Assembly (NCBI RefSeq): GCF_002113885.1
Contig: NW_018479932.1
Location: forward strand, 67,640-131,639
DNA: 64,000 bases
Direction: 5' to 3'
From: Mizuhopecten yessoensis
Lineage: Eukaryota
Shown here: positions 38,955 to 51,918 of the stretch, piece after piece
How the letters are laid out: each line of letters opens with the position of its first letter
How positions within the stretch are numbered: the stretch's first letter is position 1
The notes under the pieces: generated by a model
What the model saw: only the letters and a program-made list of their open reading frames with translations
Told to the model about the DNA's origin: nothing
Databases searched by the model: none
Made by a program: the position numbers and the translations under genes

Positions 38955-39295
38955 ACATTCTCATTGGTTGGATCGTAATCACGTGACAGTCGGAGATTTG
39001 TGATAAGGATATGACCCTCTTTTTGTGACGTCACTTCACTAGTAACGTCCGAATGCTCTCTGCAAAATGCAGTACTTTTCTTTGACAGATTTTCTTACGT
39101 TCCATCTTGTTTAATACACGTAAAACAACATAATGTTATCTCTAATATACACAATTAAAGACTTTTGTTTCGGTAATGATGTAGTTATATGGACATGAAC
39201 AATTCTATTAACATCAACTTCGTCTCGGTTGCTATATCTTCGTCGGGTTCATATAACCCACATAATATCCACCTCAAGAAAAGTCAATAATTGAT
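38955..39295. mobile_element. Possible non-autonomous Crypton-like remnant
   Basis: Terminal segment gacttttgtttcgg..acttcgtctcgg..atatccacctc..aaaagtcaataattg resembles recalled Crypton-type ends. No TSD. Similar-looking remnants lie near 9160-9720, 27330-27410 and 57750-57875. Confidence 0.3.
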
Positions 39296-40659
39296 AAGTG
39301 TTTACACATTCTTACTTATCAGCCCACTGTATTTTCCCGCAACTATAGTAAGAATGGTAATATGTTTGTACTTACTAATGGCAGTCATTCAGGTGTGTAT
39401 ATATAATATACAATGTATGTCTGCTTTATAGTACGATGGTTTACGCATAATGATGTCACCTTCTCTGTATAGAGTATCCTGAGGGTCTTACTTAACAGAG
39501 AGCTGCTTTGAAAATCAAAGAAACAGTTTCGCATTGGTTCTACCATATCAGTATCTTTTATATTATGTAACAAAATTAGCATGTCAAATATAAGTATGGT
39601 GAAAGGCGTAAGTAATGTGTTTTCTACGCCAATGCCGATTGCTTCCCATTTACATGTTGGGGCGGTCGAACTGGTCAATTGCAGTATCAGCACATAGAGA
39701 TCTATCAGAACTACTCCCGTTCCTTTTTATAGCCAATACAGTCTATCAGGTCTGCGCCGTTAAATGTCATCAATATGTTATGTTTCTATATAAAACCCAC
39801 AAAACAATATAATGTTGCATTAACGACTTTCTTAGCAGCGCTAACGCAATGTTGTCTCTGCGGTCGGGCAGAAAACCCCCACATTAAAATGAATGCATAA
39901 GACACATAATGCCACCACATAGACAGCTTCCTGTGTAAAAACTAAACACCTTATTTTCAGAATCTTTCATATATCGTTCTTTCTTTCTATATATATATAT
40001 ATATTTCGTTTTTATTGATGATACAAGTTTACATAGCCGACAATATATCAAATTGAGGTGCGTTCTATTAGCAAATGGTGAGTAGTTTTACGTTATGGGT
40101 CTGTTCGATTGTTACGATATGAGTTTGCACATACTGTTGGCTCCATAAAGCTATACACTTATTATTACTAGACAGTGGACATGTATGCACTTAACACTCA
40201 TGACGATTTTTAGATTATTAGACCGTAGATTCGGTGAATATGCAAGGACTAAACATGTATATGTATATAAATATACTTGTATTACATTATTTACTTAAAC
40301 ATTTCTCATTTAATCATTTAAATTCCTAAAATGCTTGATGATTTTTCCGGAATGGATATCATCCACTGTTCTTTTCTAATGGCAAGTTGATATATCCGGT
40401 GCGTGGTTCAATAAATAGAACACACAATATTATCATGGTCAAGTCGGCTCTTGAACAGGTGTAACAGTACCCTGAAAGGTACACTTTGGTGTTTTGGCTA
40501 ATATTGGAGGATAAACAGTACATGTAAATAAAGGCAAAACATTACACAAACGTCAAATAGTTTAGAGGCAAAGGAGGTTCTGATTAAATATCTTCTCCAA
40601 ACTAGCATTAGTTTTGAAAAAGTAGGTTTCTGGAAATGATATCAAAATAAATAGCGTTA

Positions 40660-41838
40660 GTTAGGTGGAAAGCGGAGGGGAAGAGTGAGGGGAAAAGCGC
40701 AGAGGGAGGTGAAAGCGGAGAGGGAGAGGGTGGAGAGAGTGAAGGGGAATGCGGAGGGGAAGAGGGAGGTAGAAAGCGAAGGGGAAGAAGAAGGTGGAAA
40801 GCGGAGGGGGAAAGGGAGGTGGAAAGCGGAGTGGAATAGAAAGGAGGGAAACGGAGGGGAATAGGGAGGGGGAAGCGAAGAGGGAGGGAGGGGAAAGCCG
40901 AGGGGAGAGTGAGGTGGAAAGCGGAGGGGAAAGGTGAGCGGGGAAGTGGAGAGGGAGGGGAAAGCGGAGGGGGAGAGGGTGGAGAGAGTGAAGGGGAATG
41001 CGGAGGGGAAGAGGGAGGTGGAAAGCGGAGGGGAAATGGGAGGGGAAAGCGGAGGGGGAGAGGGAGGGGGAAAGCGGAGGGGAAGAGGGAGGGGAAAGCG
41101 AAAGGGGGAGTGAGGTAGAAAGCGGAGGGGGAGAGGGAGGTGGAAATCGGAGTGGAATAGGGAGGAGGGAAACGGAGGGGGAGGGAGGGGAAAGTGGAGG
41201 GGGAGTTGGATGGAAAGCGAAGGGGAAGAGTGAGGGGAAAGCGGAGAGGGAGGTGAAAGCGGAGAGGGAGAGGTTGGAGAGAGTAAAGGGGAATGCGGAG
41301 GGGAAGAGGGAGGAAGAAAGCGGAGGGGAAAATGGAGGGGAAAGCGAAGGGGGAGACGGAGGGGGAAGAGGTAGGGGAAAGCGGAGGGGGAGAGGGAGGT
41401 GGAAAGCGGAGGGGAGGGGGAGGTGGAAAGCGGAGTGGAATAGAAAGGTTGGAAACGGTGGGGAATAGGGAGGGGGAAGCGAAGAGGGATGGAGGGGAAA
41501 GCCGAGGGGGAAAGTGAGGTGGAAAGCGGAGGGGAAGAGGGAGGGGAAAGCGGAGAGGGAGGGGGTAGCGGAGAGAGGGTAGGAAAGCGGATGGGGAGAG
41601 GAGGCTGGAAAGCGGAGTGGAATAGGGAGGAGGCAAACGGAGGGAAATAGGGAGGGGGAAGCGGAGAGGGAGGGAGGGGAAAGTGGAGTGGGGGAGTTAG
41701 GTGGAAAGCGGAGGGGAAGAGTGAGGGGGAAAGTGGAGAGAGAGATGAAAGCGGTGGGGGAGAGGGTGGAGAGAGTGAAGGGGAATGCGGAGGGGAGAGC
41801 GGAGAGACATGGAGGAGAAGTGAGGAGTAAGATGGAGA
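40660..41838. repeat. Purine-rich low-complexity array built on ggaaagcggagggg
   Basis: About 1.2 kb of almost pure G/A on the + strand with a recurring gaaagcgga anchor and larger block repeats. Confidence 0.95.
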
Positions 41839-43134
41839 CGGCATTCGATACACAAACAGCTTGCTGCTGTTATAGGATATAGCGTTCCTGATCATTTCAA
41901 ATATACTTTTACGACAGGCAGATTTATTGCAGTGCGTGTAACGGTCCAACCACTTAGAATGAATTGCAATGGCAAACGTATACACAAAGTGGATTTAATG
42001 CCTTGGGAATAGCTGATTCTCAATTTGTTGTAAACCATCGTGAAATAAGATAAGAGACGTGTGTACGTGGTGGCGAGTTTTATCTATCTAGATTTACACC
42101 TCATTATAGTCAAACCGGTCTTATCGGTATCTTACGGTTTTACTAATACAGAATCGGAAACGAGCGTTCCGGAATCCACATTCTGATGCCTAACGCGATG
42201 TTAGATTGTACTTAGTGATTTTTATCAGATTGTTAACATGAGCAAAGTGACATATTGACCGTAGAATGAGACTTGGAGATAAGACAGACCTGACAAGTCA
42301 GATACATATACATGGAATCCTTATAGGTAGACAACGTTACAGACCGACTTCAGCAGTTTGTTCAAATAGTCCGTCAAACCGGAAGTACGATAAGACAAAT
42401 TTATAGACAGATTATTATCGGGATCATATATCACCTTGTTTTCCTTGTCTCGAAGTAATTTTCACGAATAAAGTTCCCTGATAAGTTAAACAACAGCAAT
42501 TCCATGTTTCGTTCCTTCTTTTGGGACAAGCAGTGCTTCTATTTGTTGATATGACCCTTGAGGCTTTTATCCTTCGTCCAGTATTATTCAATTCAATTAA
42601 ATTAAAACTATAAAGTGTCAAACGAAACGTACAGAGTTACAATATATATCTTAACATATGTATTAACAGTTTTTATGCTTTTCCATATATTTTACGTGAT
42701 TTGGTTCGCATCCTGATAATTTTACATAGCACGTGGAAAACCCATTTCACTTACCGCCGAGAAACACATTGTCTGGTGGAGATGACGTCGATCCTTATCA
42801 ATTTACGAAAACATCGATTTTAATACAGTTCGCCTGGCTTCAGCCAGTTTTAAACATTTCTAACAAACAAAGATATATTTCCATGTAAACTGTATTTCTT
42901 ATAAACAAAATCAGTTCAAGTTGCAGCGTCATGTAGTAGACAAATCCCAATAGACTTGATTACCTGCCTTAGTACGATTTATCTCCGCTAGGCTGCGCTC
43001 ACTGATACTACCTGTAACTACGGAATGCAATCCAGTCTGAAGTGTCAAAAACACGTTAGACGTCAGTTTACATCGTGACGTAATTCACGTTGACATGCGT
43101 ATTGTGGGGTTTGCCAACGAATGTTAAACTTCCG

Positions 43135-43267
43135 CAAGTGTACTTCCGCAAGTGTACTTCCGCAGGTCGGTGGTTATTTTCCGGGCACTCCGGTTTTCCT
43201 CCACCACCAAAACCTGGCACGTCCTTAAATGACCACAGTTGTTATAAGCGTAAACACAAATCAAACC
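43135..43267 (+). mobile_element. 5'-truncated V-SINE family B copy with a 9-bp TSD
   Basis: TSD aaacttccg at 43126-43134 and 43268-43276. Body ggtcggtggttattttccgggcactccggttttcctccaccacc; tail gtccttaaatgacc..(aaacc)n. Confidence 0.8.
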
Positions 43268-44350
43268 AAACTTCCGTCTGTTAAAGTGAAAGGAGATATT
43301 CAATAGCGTTCATAGAGTATTCTAAAAATCCTATCCTTTTCCTTAAAACCCCAGCCAAACACCCACGAGTATACGTCAATCTTATGATTAAAATACGCCT
43401 TATGTCTATATAACTTTTCCCCTGGTGTATTCTTTGATCTTAAACCCTGTATGAACAAAGACATGAGATCCACAGGGGACAAGAAAAATGTCGATAAATT
43501 TACCAAAAAGAAAAACAACAGCAAAAAAAAATGTCATTCTTAAATGTTACTCAAAAACTTATTGTGACAAATTGACATTAAAGATAAGGTTAAACTCAGT
43601 TGCATACGTTTCCATTATCCCTAATGACGAAACATAGAATATATCAAGCGCTGAAATGAGGCGGTCAGTGACAGATTCCGTGTTAATTGTGATCCACTTC
43701 CTGTCTGTCTGTGTGTCTTAACGGTTTCCTGTCCAAGTGTGTCCTATCACTGTGGTATAATAAGCGATGAAAGTTGATCAATAATGGCCGACATTTTGTT
43801 GACACGACGCTGGAGAACAAATGAAGGCAACACACTGAACTGCATGCTTTATTAATGCCACGAGGATATAGGTTTTGTGTCCTAATACTTTGGGATCAGC
43901 GGGTGACAGGGGATATCGGCAAAGTGAGAGGGAAATATGTAGCAGACACTGTTTATCAAACAGGACTAGAAGGATTGACGGCCGTGGAATTATGGAAATA
44001 TGGTAACCGGAGACAACCCCAAGGATGGCTCAAAAGTGGTGTCTGGACAGAAATTGTCACTCAGTAGAGTATTAAAACAAAACAAAGGTGCTTTGTGTGG
44101 AAGAGAAAGCAGTGGTTTATTAAGGGAGAGGACACTTAATAGGGCTAGTTTTTTGGGCAGATTGTATACGTTACATTAACTCTTTCACATATGTTTTAAA
44201 ACATTTTAAGTGAAGCAGGTCACTGAATTGAAATTAGCTCCGGTAATATCATGCTCAGCTGCCAAATTTACTTATAGTTTTAAAACATACAGACTTTAAC
44301 GGTGAAAAAATAAACTAACGTTTTTCTTGTGAGTAGAAACAATAGAATAA

Positions 44351-44572
44351 GTGGCCAAGTGGTTAAGACGTCTGACCGTCTTCAATCACAAGCCCTCCGC
44401 CAGTGGGTTACGGGTTCGAGGCCTACATGTACGTGGGACAGTCGCCAGGTACTGACCGTAGGTCGGTGGTTGTTCTCCGGTAACTCCGGCTTTCCTCCAC
44501 CACCAGAACCGGGCACGTTAATTGGCCATAGCTGTTTAAAGGGCGTAAAGCACAAAAAAACCCACCCAAAAA
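44351..44572 (+). mobile_element. tRNA-derived V-domain SINE (family B)
   Basis: A box tggccaagtgg; B box ggttcgaggcc; V-like ggtggttgttctccggtaactccggctttcctcc; tail ccatagctgttt..gcgtaaagcac. Confidence 0.85.
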
Positions 44573-46099
44573 CCCCTCTTATTAAGCAGATTCCATTTTA
44601 CCTGCTGATGACAAAACATTGCCGTTGTTTTATTCTTAAAAACGTTCTAGGAATAATGTATTTCTCGTTATCCCATATACCCGCTGTATAGATTTTTGTC
44701 AGTAAGGTTTGAAGAAAGTATGAGTACACCATAAAAAGTCTACTCACGTTTTATCAATGAAATTTCTAGTTCCCAGATTAATTTGATAAGTGTTATAAAT
44801 ACATAGTAGTTTATAAAATCCTTTGAAATCTCGGATAACTAGGGAGCGCTTTAAGCCAGTTACATAATGTATGTGCGTACACTTCTGCCGCCTTGGTACA
44901 ATTTTCATTGTGATGTGTGTATGCTACATCTATTATTCACAGGGAATCTAAAAATATATACCCGAACCTGCCTTCGGCTCGTGTTACATGCATCTCTCCG
45001 AAAGGTGTTATGTATGAAACACTCATATGGAAACGGCTAAGTCATTTAAAATCTTAAGATCGTGTACGTACATGTATGTATAGCTAGAGTTCTGAAAATG
45101 TAAACAGTTCCAATATCAGTTCGGAGATAATTAAAATAAACAGACAGAAAAATCAAACATTTCATGATAAAAAAATCCAAAAAATCAAATGAGATTTACA
45201 ATTTTATGGACACGAATTCGAGATGTTGTTTATATCTCAATTTACACGACGTAGATTTTCTCTTTCACAATAGGGTAAAGAAGATCTGAATACACTGAAT
45301 ACAAATACATATATATTTCGATACATTTATAGAAATCGCCAGACACAGTGAAATCCGTATCCATATATCTATTCCGCCTTCTCAAGAATGAATACGAAAC
45401 GCATTAGCGACGTACGCGTGAATCATTCCACCTACCCGGCCCAGATAGGCCAAATACATCTAACGGTAGTCCCATCAAATACGAAAACAAAACAAAAATA
45501 TTAACAGATCTCTGTTTTGCCTATACATATGCAGTCTGTTTTGAGACCTGAACAATCTCATCAGGTTCAAAGTACGTTTTAAAAAACCCATTGCATCATG
45601 GGAAAGTATTTTATGAAAAATCAATGTCTACCGTACGTGTTACTTTGCTGTTCAAGCGTTGAAATGAATTTTGGCATCATGAAAATGTTTGCATTAGAAA
45701 CTGAACATCATTTACATATAATCACCCTCCATTAGCTATATTTGATATGCAGATCATTCAAATAATATAGAATCGCGATTTTCCTTGTATGTCTTGAATG
45801 GGGTATATCTGACACGATTCAAGATAACGTCTCATTGAAGTTTCATTCAAATAGCGCCGAAAGATTTAAAAACTCTAAATCATCCACTGGCATCACAATT
45901 TTTACTGGCTTAGCCTGCGGCGCTGAAATTTTTAAAAAGAAGTATATAACTGCATTATCCGACTAGCTATCCATCCTCCCGCCAAGTTGAAACTCTAGAA
46001 TTGGACACCCAAGAAATAAAAAAAAAATAGTTAAATATATTTCTTTATAACTACAAAATCCAAGAGACGGGGCTGTCTTATAATAATTTATTTTTAAGC

Positions 46100-48080
46100 G
46101 AAATATTTGACTGTATAAGCGGGCAGATTTTGACAGATTCAATGATCTTATTTCTGATTATAATTGGAATGAACTTTTCTTAAATTGTGATTCAGTTGAT
46201 ACTGCATGTAACCGTTTTACTGATACGTTCCTAAAATTTGCAAATATATGAATTCCATCAAAAGATGTAACTACATGTATGAGACCTAATGATAAACCTT
46301 GGTTGACCTCTGAATCAAGAAAAACAATAAAAATTAGAGATAAGTTGAATAAAATTGCGAGGTCAACCAAACATCTTTCGAACATAAACAAATTCAAATC
46401 TCAACGGAATAAGGTTAATAACATGAAAAAATATGCCCGTAAATTATTTTATGAAAATAAGTCCTCTGATCCAAAAGCTTATTGGAGACTCATCAAAAGG
46501 TAAATACAATCGTCTGGTACTACACAATATGTACCTACTCTTGTACAAATTGTAGATCCTGTTTCTGGCAATGTGGTTACTAGTGACTTAGGTTTCATTG
46601 AAGTAGGTATTCCTCAGGGTTCGATTATTTGACCTCTTTTGTTTCTTATCTAAATTAATGATATTGCTGATGTTTTTGAGTCAACCGCTCGTTTTTTTGG
46701 CAGGCGATACTTCTTTGTTAAAATCATCCTCTTCATATCTAGAAATCCAAACGGTTATCAATAGAGATCTCGAGTCTCTAAATGCATGGTCTCAAACTTG
46801 GTTAGAAACATTAAATCCAGAAAAAACTTTTTTTTTTTTTTTTTCAAACTTGATTGAAATTGATGAAGATTTACAATTAGAATTTAATGGCGAGTTTTTA
46901 ATTTTTACTGATCATCATAAACATTTAGGTGTAATTTTTGATTCAAGTGCAAAATAGGGGAATCAAATTTGTGCAATATATACTTCAGTTATGAAAAAAG
47001 TCAACGTTTTACGTAGACTAAAATACTTATTAAATCGTGATAATCTTTTGAAGATTTTTAAATCATTTATTTTACCAGTTTTAGAATATGCTTGTGAATT
47101 GTGGGATGGTTGTACAACTTATGAAACAGAAATATTAGAGAAAGCCCAAAGAGAAGCTTCTAGTATTGTAACTGGTTTTCCTTCATATGCCCAAATTGAA
47201 GACATACTTTTTGAAACTAGTCTAGAAACTCTTTCGAATAGAAGAAAACGCAAAAAACTCAAACTTTCAAATAATGATTATAAAATTCGTCCTTTCAGAC
47301 TTTCTGTAACAAATTCATCTTTTATACCTTCAGCTCTTCGCGGTTGGAATTCATTGGACTTTTCAGTACGATCATTGACCTCATTACATTATTTTAAAAA
47401 CTTGTTAACTTCAAATGTACAATCTCCTCCACCAATCTACTTAGGTTTCGGTGAACGTAAATTGAACATTTTGCACACTAAACTTAGTCATCAGTGTAGT
47501 CCACTTAAAAAAGATCTTTTTAGAGTAAATCTGGTTGATAGGCCAGTTTGTTATTGTGGCCATCCCTGTGAAAATGCCTTTCACATTTTTTTGTGAGTGC
47601 TTTTTAACAACGAAAGACATACCCTGCTTCAAAATTTGAATGCCTTGCATGTTGATTTTAATTTAGAACTACTTTTGTTTTGTAATAGTCAGCTTTCGGT
47701 AGAAAGCAACGTAAGTATCTTTAGACATGTGCATCATAACATCAAATCCAGCAATAGGTTTTGATAGTTATAATTACTTTTCTGTTCTTTTTAAAATTAC
47801 TCTACCAGGATGCATGTCATGAAATGTGTATAGATTTATGATTTATTCAAATGCGGATCGATTTCTCAGTTTAAACGTTTACTTTTCTAGGTAACACCCC
47901 TCCCCTCCATCGCCCCCACCCCCTCCTACCCCACCTTTCCTTCTCCACCCTATCTTTTTCCCTTTCCACAAAAGCATATACACTAATTTTACCTTATGTA
48001 TTAAGGAGAGGACTCTATCAAGTTGTAATAATTTGTTGTCCGATCCACTTGTATATTTGTACAATAAAATATGATTAAAC
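46100..48080 (+). mobile_element. 5'-truncated, internally deleted CR1-type LINE (CR1-Zenon-like)
   Basis: RPNDKPW; GIPQGS..PLLFLI.INDI; FLAGDTSL (degenerate FADDT); HKHLGV; FILPVLEYACELWDGC; C-terminal CYCGHPCENAFH. 3' end ggagaggact..caagttgtaataatttgtt..caataaaatatgattaaa. Confidence 0.88.
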
Positions 48081-51000
48081 TGATATAAGAGATGCAAAAA
48101 AATTACGCCGATAATGATAAAAAAAAAAAATATATATATTTCAGTATCAGTATAAATGGTAAAGCTTAATAAAGTTCATAACATAAACTGCAACTGTTAT
48201 CACGTCATAAAATTGCAAGGAGGTTGTGACTGACATGATGTTGCAATACTTGTGTACTGCGTAATACACATGCTTTTCTGATTTGTATCGATTCGACCCA
48301 TCACTACATGTTACGGGATTTCGGAAGTCCTTATCAGCATATTAGAACCGTAATTATTCATATTACAAAATATGGGTAAGAGTTTCTTCTGGCGTTATTG
48401 AGACGAATTGCTTGATAAACTATTAACAATGTCTTGTCAAATTGACTATCAGCAATTAAACAAGACTGTTCGTCGACATTCAAATGAATTCTCAAAATAA
48501 AAACTCAATTTTGAAATCTGCCTTTAGAAAAGTAAATATTATCTAAAATCAATCATCGTCCAATTCTTAAATTTCCGACATGCGTTTGCAAATAATTCAA
48601 TTTCTTATTTCTATCACCCTATCAAGATGGCGGATATTTTTGGGGCCTTGGGCGCCATCTATAAATGCTATCTTGCAAGTGGATATGCCGAGGGCGACAA
48701 AAAAGATTCATTTGCATCTGCTATCCCAATTCCATCACTCTTCATCTTAGACCGAACCAAAAATCGACAGCATTCTGGTACAGATAAGTACTTGTAATGC
48801 TTTATCAAAATTCCCTTTGGTATATAGACATGGCGTAGTTGTATATGTTGTTGTGTGTATGATCAAAATCTTTATCGTATTGAAAATGAATGAACATATA
48901 GATTAACAACCACTTTTGAGAAACAGAAAAGTTTCAAAAACGCGTAATAGGATTGCGAATGAGATGGGCTCTCATACCAGTAAACTAACATCGAAGCAAA
49001 AATGCTTGACTTCTACTTAGGTGAAGCTGTTCGGCGCAAGTAAGCAATCCATTTAACATAAGTATAATGGCTGAAATAAGGCAATATGTCAGAAATGTCT
49101 TTTTATAAAGAGTTACCTCTTTGTAACATATGTAATGAGAAATGTTAATTGGAAAAGGCTAATGGGAAAAATGAAAACCAGAAAAACAGTTTCATCTTAC
49201 ACGTATAATGAATTACGCATGATTGCATATTATAGCTGACATCTGGAAGCTCCGTCCAAACTTTTACAGTTGTATTCTGACAATTCCTTGGTACTAATAT
49301 ACAATTAATATTTACTTATGACCATAGCTATTTACGGAGTAAACAAACCAAAACTAAACAATAATTCTGGTTATCCTTTATAGTCTAATTCAAACAGTTA
49401 TTCAACATTTTTTAAATCTTAGCTAGTTAATATTTATTTATTTCCCACAAAACACAACATTGCGGTATACGCCGTCAATAACTTTTTGTTAGCTGTTTTT
49501 GGGCTACACGATTTAACCTGAAAAAGTATACTATTGAGGGAATAGTTAAATTAAGTTACATGTATATAGATTTAAACAAAAAGAGTTCAATGTATATGCT
49601 ATTGGAATCAAACAACATTCTCGCAGAGGCTACGTACCGTGACCGGCTACACTAGTTCCTTGTCCCGCTTTCGAGATACTGTACACCTGGGTTTTTACAC
49701 CCTTTGAATATGTCATAACAAAATCAAAGGTTCAGCGTTTGCCATTTCACTGGTCCAATACATAAACAGACTTGCAATCGCTAGGCTGAAACAAGCTCTG
49801 TAAATACGATGTAGTACGCAGAAGAGCTTCATTTGAATCAAATCCTGTCAATTTTACAATTCTTTTCATCTTGTATCAAAGAGATAACATGTATAATTCA
49901 GTAAAAATTGCAGAACAATCGGTACAGAGCCTGCTGATACAATAGATGTGTATACATCGGGAGCGGATTCGTTGGTTTCCGGAAATTTACACAACCAATT
50001 GTAGTACATATAGTTCCTTGTTTTCAAAAGAATCGCGTTGCCCGATATCCTTAAACTTCACGAACCCCTGAGTAGTCAATCTTGACCACGGATATACACT
50101 TTTGACGTTTGTTTACTTACAAGGGACATTTTAAGTAGCTTTAATGCTCTAGATAATTTTTGATTTAGTTGAAAGTGTATTTCTTTGAGAGCACTTGGCC
50201 ATGTGCATGGACGTTTTGAAACGTGAACTAATAAAATGGCTCAAGATTGTTGATGTCAACCGCAATAATAATATTTCAAATATCACGAGAAGGAATGCGC
50301 GGCCATATCGGACAGAGAGGTCAAATTCAAGAATTGAGGTTGCATTGAAAAACGTTGCTGGTTGGCCAATCAGAAGTAATAGAGAACACGTTATTCACCG
50401 CAAAGAGATGGAAAGGAAATATAACGACTATATCCGTTTTATTAGAATCACCCAGGGAGGAGGGGATTGAAGGAGGAAAGTTTACGCTTTTCAAATCAAT
50501 CACCACCAAATTAGCATTAGGCGCAGTATTCTCATATTAATAGCGCAAAACCAATTATACTTGTACGGTGCGTAATAACAATTTTTGAGGTAACAGAAAT
50601 GAGTCCGCCTCTTAAATAAACACACAGTTGCACAGCAAAAACAATTGTTTCATGCCCAAATGATTTCAAATTAAAATCTTATTCCAGATTTGGAGTTTGA
50701 GAGAATTCCCAATTTCGGATAAATTAGAAGATCAAACTAGATTACAAACATCAAGTACTCCCAGTGCCCTGTACGTGGTTTTCCCGAAGTGTTTAAAACT
50801 TAAATTCTGCTGATAATTTCAATATTTGAATTTAAATGCTGGTCACACATGACTCATTTAATATGATTTAATAGGATATCAGTGGACGCTGGCATTTCTG
50901 CCTCTATATCCACATCAATATAATTTGAAATACAATGTGGTAAACATAACATAAGCTGACTTATAATGCTCTATGTTCATAAATGACATGCCGGCAAGTT

Positions 51001-51708
51001 AAATTACATTATATTTCCATAGCAACGGTACCGGTGATGTACGTCACTGTAATGCCCGTATGTTTTTTTCTACAAGAAACGTTCCTGAGCGAATACAGGA
51101 ACCCGCAACCACATGTATAAAGACAGCTTGTAATTATGACAGATGGGACACTTCCAAGAATTGTCCCCAAATTGGAAGTTTTCCGAAAAATAACGGCTCA
51201 CTTTAGTGCCATTTCACTTGAATACCACAGCAAAGAAAGTAACAAATGAAAATACAATTTTTTTTTTTTTTTTTTTATAAAATACACGGTTACAATTGCC
51301 AAAGGAAATGAAGAGTAGCAAGACGGTGGCCAACCCTAGTGACCAATAGCTTGTGTTTGTGTTTACTATCCTTGCGCTGTAAAGTAATTGTAGCCTGGAG
51401 GTATTTGGCTAGCGTTTCACATCTTGTGACATCATTAGGGTAAATGTCAACTTTTGGAATCGACCTTTAATTTTTGTTCTCCTATTGAGACTCTCGCCCA
51501 CATTCGTGACGAAGGTAATCACTGGAAATGGCAGACATTTACATTGGTTTAAGTACACCGCAATAGCATTCATCTTGGAACAGTGCAAAAGTGACACGTA
51601 ATAAATACACTTCGGTAAATATCTTTTTGCATCCCGTCCTCTCTTAAAAACACGAATCTCCTTCCACCAGAAACCCCTTTCCAACATATATACCTACTCC
51701 CTTACCTT

Positions 51709-51918
51709 GGGTATAGTCGGGTCGAGCAAGCAGTGAATAGCGCACCTTTTTTTTTTATACCAAGGCGATCGGGGTTCAATTCCCCGATCGGACGTGAAAA
51801 GGTATGGTGTCACCTGCCCGATCACGTGGGCTTTTACTGGGTGCTCCGGTTTCCTCCCACAGTAAGACCCCCGCACGATAACATTCGAGTCAACAAGAGT
51901 TATTAGTATAAGTTGTAA
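51709..51918 (+). mobile_element. V-SINE family A copy with a degenerate head
   Basis: ccaaggcgatcggggttcaattccccgatcggacgtgaaaaggtatgg..cacgtgggcttttactgggtgctccggtttcctcccacag, homologous to 17889-18112. Confidence 0.85.

Noticed and set aside
40608-41985. Pro-rich or Gly/Arg-rich ORFs (extensin-like)
   Set aside because: A low-complexity purine tract that lacks stops in multiple frames on both strands.
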